Origin: Klebsormidium nitens
Taxonomy: Eukaryota > Plantae > Klebsormidiophyceae
Length of the DNA: 64,000 bases
Assembly (NCBI GenBank): GCA_000708835.1
Contig: DF237314.1
Coordinates: forward strand, 1-64,000
Direction of reading: 5' to 3'
Below the pieces are notes generated by a model. That model searched no databases. It was not told where the DNA came from and saw nothing but the letters and a program-made list of their open reading frames with translations. Of this stretch, positions 60,901 to 64,000 are shown piece after piece. The translations under genes were made by a program, and so were the position numbers. Within the stretch, counting starts at the first letter, position 1; the number at the start of each line of letters is the position of its first letter.

Positions 60901-63884
60901 CTATCCTCCCCAGCCTGATAGGCTCAGTTGACAGGCCGAAACTTGCAATGAACTTCGCTGTAGATATTTTCTCGAACTTGACACATCACGCGGCCGCGCG
61001 CTCTTGCGCTCTTGCGCGCGCTCTCACCTGCTGCAGCAGCAGCGGCTCGAGCGCGGGGTCCAGCTCCTCGCCGACGTTCTCCAGCAGCACCGGCTTCCCG
61101 AACTGGATTGCGTTCTCTAACCGTCGCAAAAAGTCGGCGTCGCTCAGCTTAACCACCGCTAACCCGTTTTCTTTCTCCATGTTCTTCACCCACTTGTTAG
61201 CCTGACCCTGTGGGTCGATCATGAGCGGCCAGCGGCGGCTGTTGGAAACTATGAGTGCGTTGTCCGTGCTGCACTGGTCCTTGGGCAGGCCCGCCAAGTT
61301 CCACGCGCGCACCTGCGCGCGCGCATTGAAAGAGGACGGTCTACGGTTGGATCGGCTTGAACCTGTGGGGTTGTGCGATCAGGCAAGCCAGGGAGGGCTT
61401 TTGATTTGCAAGCAACGCTAATGCGAAGCTGATTTTCCAGGATCCTTTCGAGCTTGGACGACAAGATGATGATCAAGCGACAGTTAAAACCGGTCATCAA
61501 GTCTTCGTGCTCCTAGATGAAAGGCGGATTCCCCCGGAAGCATATTGGGACCTTAGCAGGAAACAGTTTGCGACGTCAAGACGAAAAACAAGTCACAACA
61601 TCATTGCTTGGAAAGTGGTGACATGGTATTAATTCTGCTGTTTCACCGGAGAGAAAATAGGAACCCCAAAGTCCATGTCACGGCCGCCCACCTTGACCGG
61701 GTCCGCCAGCACGGCCGCCAGCGTGAACTCGTCGCTACACGGGAGGCCCTTCTCGCGGCACCGGCGCGCCCAGTCGCGCGCGCACTCCTCCCGGAAGAGC
61801 GGTGTGAACGCGCCCAGGTACGCGATCACACCGGAGCTCAAGAGCACGTCCCCGGTCAGTTTGGTGTACAATTTGCCGTACGATTCCGCGCTTTTCGTCC
61901 ACCGGGCCTTTTCCCCGCCCAAACCAGAGACCAGCTGCGTCGCGCGCTCAATCTTGCGCGCGCACAGGTCCACGTCGGACTCGAGCTTCCGCTTCTTGGC
62001 GTTCTGCTCGCGCAGGTTTGCGTCCAGCGCGGCCAGCTTGTCTTCCACCTGCGATACGAAATGCAATTCTTTTGTCTCAATCCTATTAAGTCCTGCGCGT
62101 GCATAATCAAAGGTAAGAAGCGGAAATTGTGAAAGCTGTGACAAGATTGGATTGCAGGCAAACCCATTTTGACCTCAGACTCTTGCAGCTTTTTGCATCT
62201 GTGAGCGAAATTAAGCCCTTTCCCAGCCGTTCCAAACCGCCATCTGACTCCTGACTGGCAAGTCCGTATTCAAATTCGAAGACGCAAATCCGCAAGCGCC
62301 AAGCTTTCTAACCTCCAGAACCCGCGCCCATTTTGCGCCCCAGCGTTTCCGTATTGGATATCAAAGTGAAGACCGACGCACAGCATCCACAGCCAACGAT
62401 CGAACAACGGATCAAGCCGCCGCGGCCGCGATTGCGCCGCAAAACCCAAACCCCCGCGCACCTTCTGCAGTTCCGCCTGCTTCACCCGCAGCTTGGCCAT
62501 GACGTCATTGTACTCCGCCTCCGCGACCACGAGCGCGGCTTTCTTGGGCGCGACCACTTTCGCGACGCGGTCATACGCCTCCATCGCGCGGACCCAGCAG
62601 GACAGTCCGTACGCGGCGGTCGATACGGACCGGATCTTGTCCGGGGCCATGTCCGGGTTCTCGATGTACCTGATGGGTGTACGCTCGTTTAAAGGGCCAT
62701 CCGTTAAGTGAAAATCCAGAAGAAGAACAAGACAAACCTGATCTTTCTGGACTCGATGTTCAGCCTAGCCAAAGCTTAATCTAGGGAGAAGACGATTAAA
62801 GCAAAGGTTTCATGGCAACCAGTTGCAAAGGGGAGGGTCGACAACAGCACGCTTGAAATGCAGATGCAGCTCGAGAATGTTCAAACCCAGGTATATGTCG
62901 GTACAAAATTCCCAAAAGCCAAAAACCCTTCTTTCCGTTGGATGCGATGCTTCGGAGCCGACTGGTGATGGGAGTTTCCACGCGGAACAGTACCTCATGT
63001 GCGCAAAACTGCGGCAAGCCCGCCATTCGAAGTCCAACCGACTCAAGCGCGCCACGCGTCGACTCACGGGAGGATCATGGAGATCGTCTTGGACGGGATG
63101 TTGTCCTTGTCGAACTCCTTCAGGCTCTGCAGGAACCCTGCGTCGGCCAGCACCTTCTTGCTCGACTCCCAGTAATCGTCCACCATTTTCCCACTGCCCG
63201 GGTCCTTCAACCGGGTAGGCTTCACGTTCTTCATGATGCACACCGCCTCCATCACGAGCTTCACCCCGGCCGGCGGGCTCTTCATGCCCTTGAGTTCCGT
63301 GATGTCGTTCTTGCTTAGAGTGTCCAGCGCCTGCGCGCGCGCGTAAGGAAGTGTTAGCGATTCAAAAGATACGGGTGAAGTTACTCGAAGCAGAGGCAGA
63401 TAAGATTGCGTCTGCTTTTCACTGCGCTCCGCTTAGGCGTTCTTGCTACGCGCGCGCGGGGGGTCAGAGGGGTCAGAATGGACAGGAGAAAGGTCCGATA
63501 TGGATGAGATTCTTCAAGCTGTTGGTGCCGTTATTGTCTGACTGATTTGAACGACGTCAGCGCTTGAGTACCCCCTTTTGACGAGAACGAGATTGAGAGA
63601 ATAAAACCAAATTTCGTTGGAAAGACACCTCAGGACCGTTAAGATGTTCCTAGCCCTCTACAGGAAGCCTGTTGTCACAAGCAGTTGTTCTGGGATGAAC
63701 GACTGACATGCTATAGCAGACCCCTGGACTTTGATCCGTAAAACAGGGAGGCACTTACCCGCAGCGCGGCCTCAAGCTGCGGCATGGCCTCTGCGAGATC
63801 CGCTTCCGTGTCGTCCTTGATGGCCTTCGCGTCTGCTGCCTTCTTGCTCGCAATCTCTTCCTCGCCCTTCACCACCGCACGCAC
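54989..63884 (-). CDS. Axonemal dynein heavy chain, single-headed inner-arm type (DNAH3/7/12-like); stalk to C-terminus, 5' part outside the window
   Basis: Twelve phase-consistent exons: 63884-63759, 63330-63068, 62669-62462, 62048-61692, 61312-61028, 60639-60511, 60254-60039, 59647-59006, 58574-57951, 57359-56680, 56056-55761, 55365-54989 (~1400 codons). Motifs [15 protein letters not shown] (MTBD), [71 protein letters not shown]. Confidence 0.97.
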
Positions 63885-64000
63885 CTGGAGAGAGAGTGTG
63901 TCTAGAGTTTAGCCTTGGTATCGAATTTTTGACCGACCAACGGAATATTGGACTTGAAGCGTACTTAGGTAGGAGAGGAAGGCGACATGATACTCAAATC

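Overview
Eukaryotic, intron-rich nuclear DNA (GT-AG introns, a few GC-AG). Plant-type genes (P2B Ca-ATPase with an N-terminal autoinhibitory domain, PanC, CDPK-like kinase) sit beside ciliary genes (axonemal dynein heavy chain, Tctex1 light chain), which points to a flagellate-producing streptophyte alga such as Klebsormidium (inference). I assembled exon models by hand from splice sites and checked codon phase. In order: an old ~7 kb tandem duplication (1-14 kb), each unit carrying a decayed PIMT gene, an intronless F-box/LRR/ARM gene and the 3' exons of a Popeye-domain gene; the intact 10-exon Popeye-domain (3 TM + cyclic-nucleotide-binding-like) gene; panC; a 22-exon ACA-type Ca2+-ATPase; an MGNC-start CDPK-like kinase with degenerate EF-hands; an inward-rectifier (Kir)-like channel whose filter reads TTFGAS instead of TTIGYG; a TCTEX1D2-like dynein light chain; ZCCHC9; and the C-terminal ~1400 codons of an inner-arm-type dynein heavy chain. 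The most unusual items are the Popeye-domain protein, the Kir-like channel with a non-canonical filter, and recurrent intronic duplications that copy splice junctions. All family assignments come from motif recognition from memory; no database searches were run. No rRNA, intact tRNA or CRISPR array was seen.
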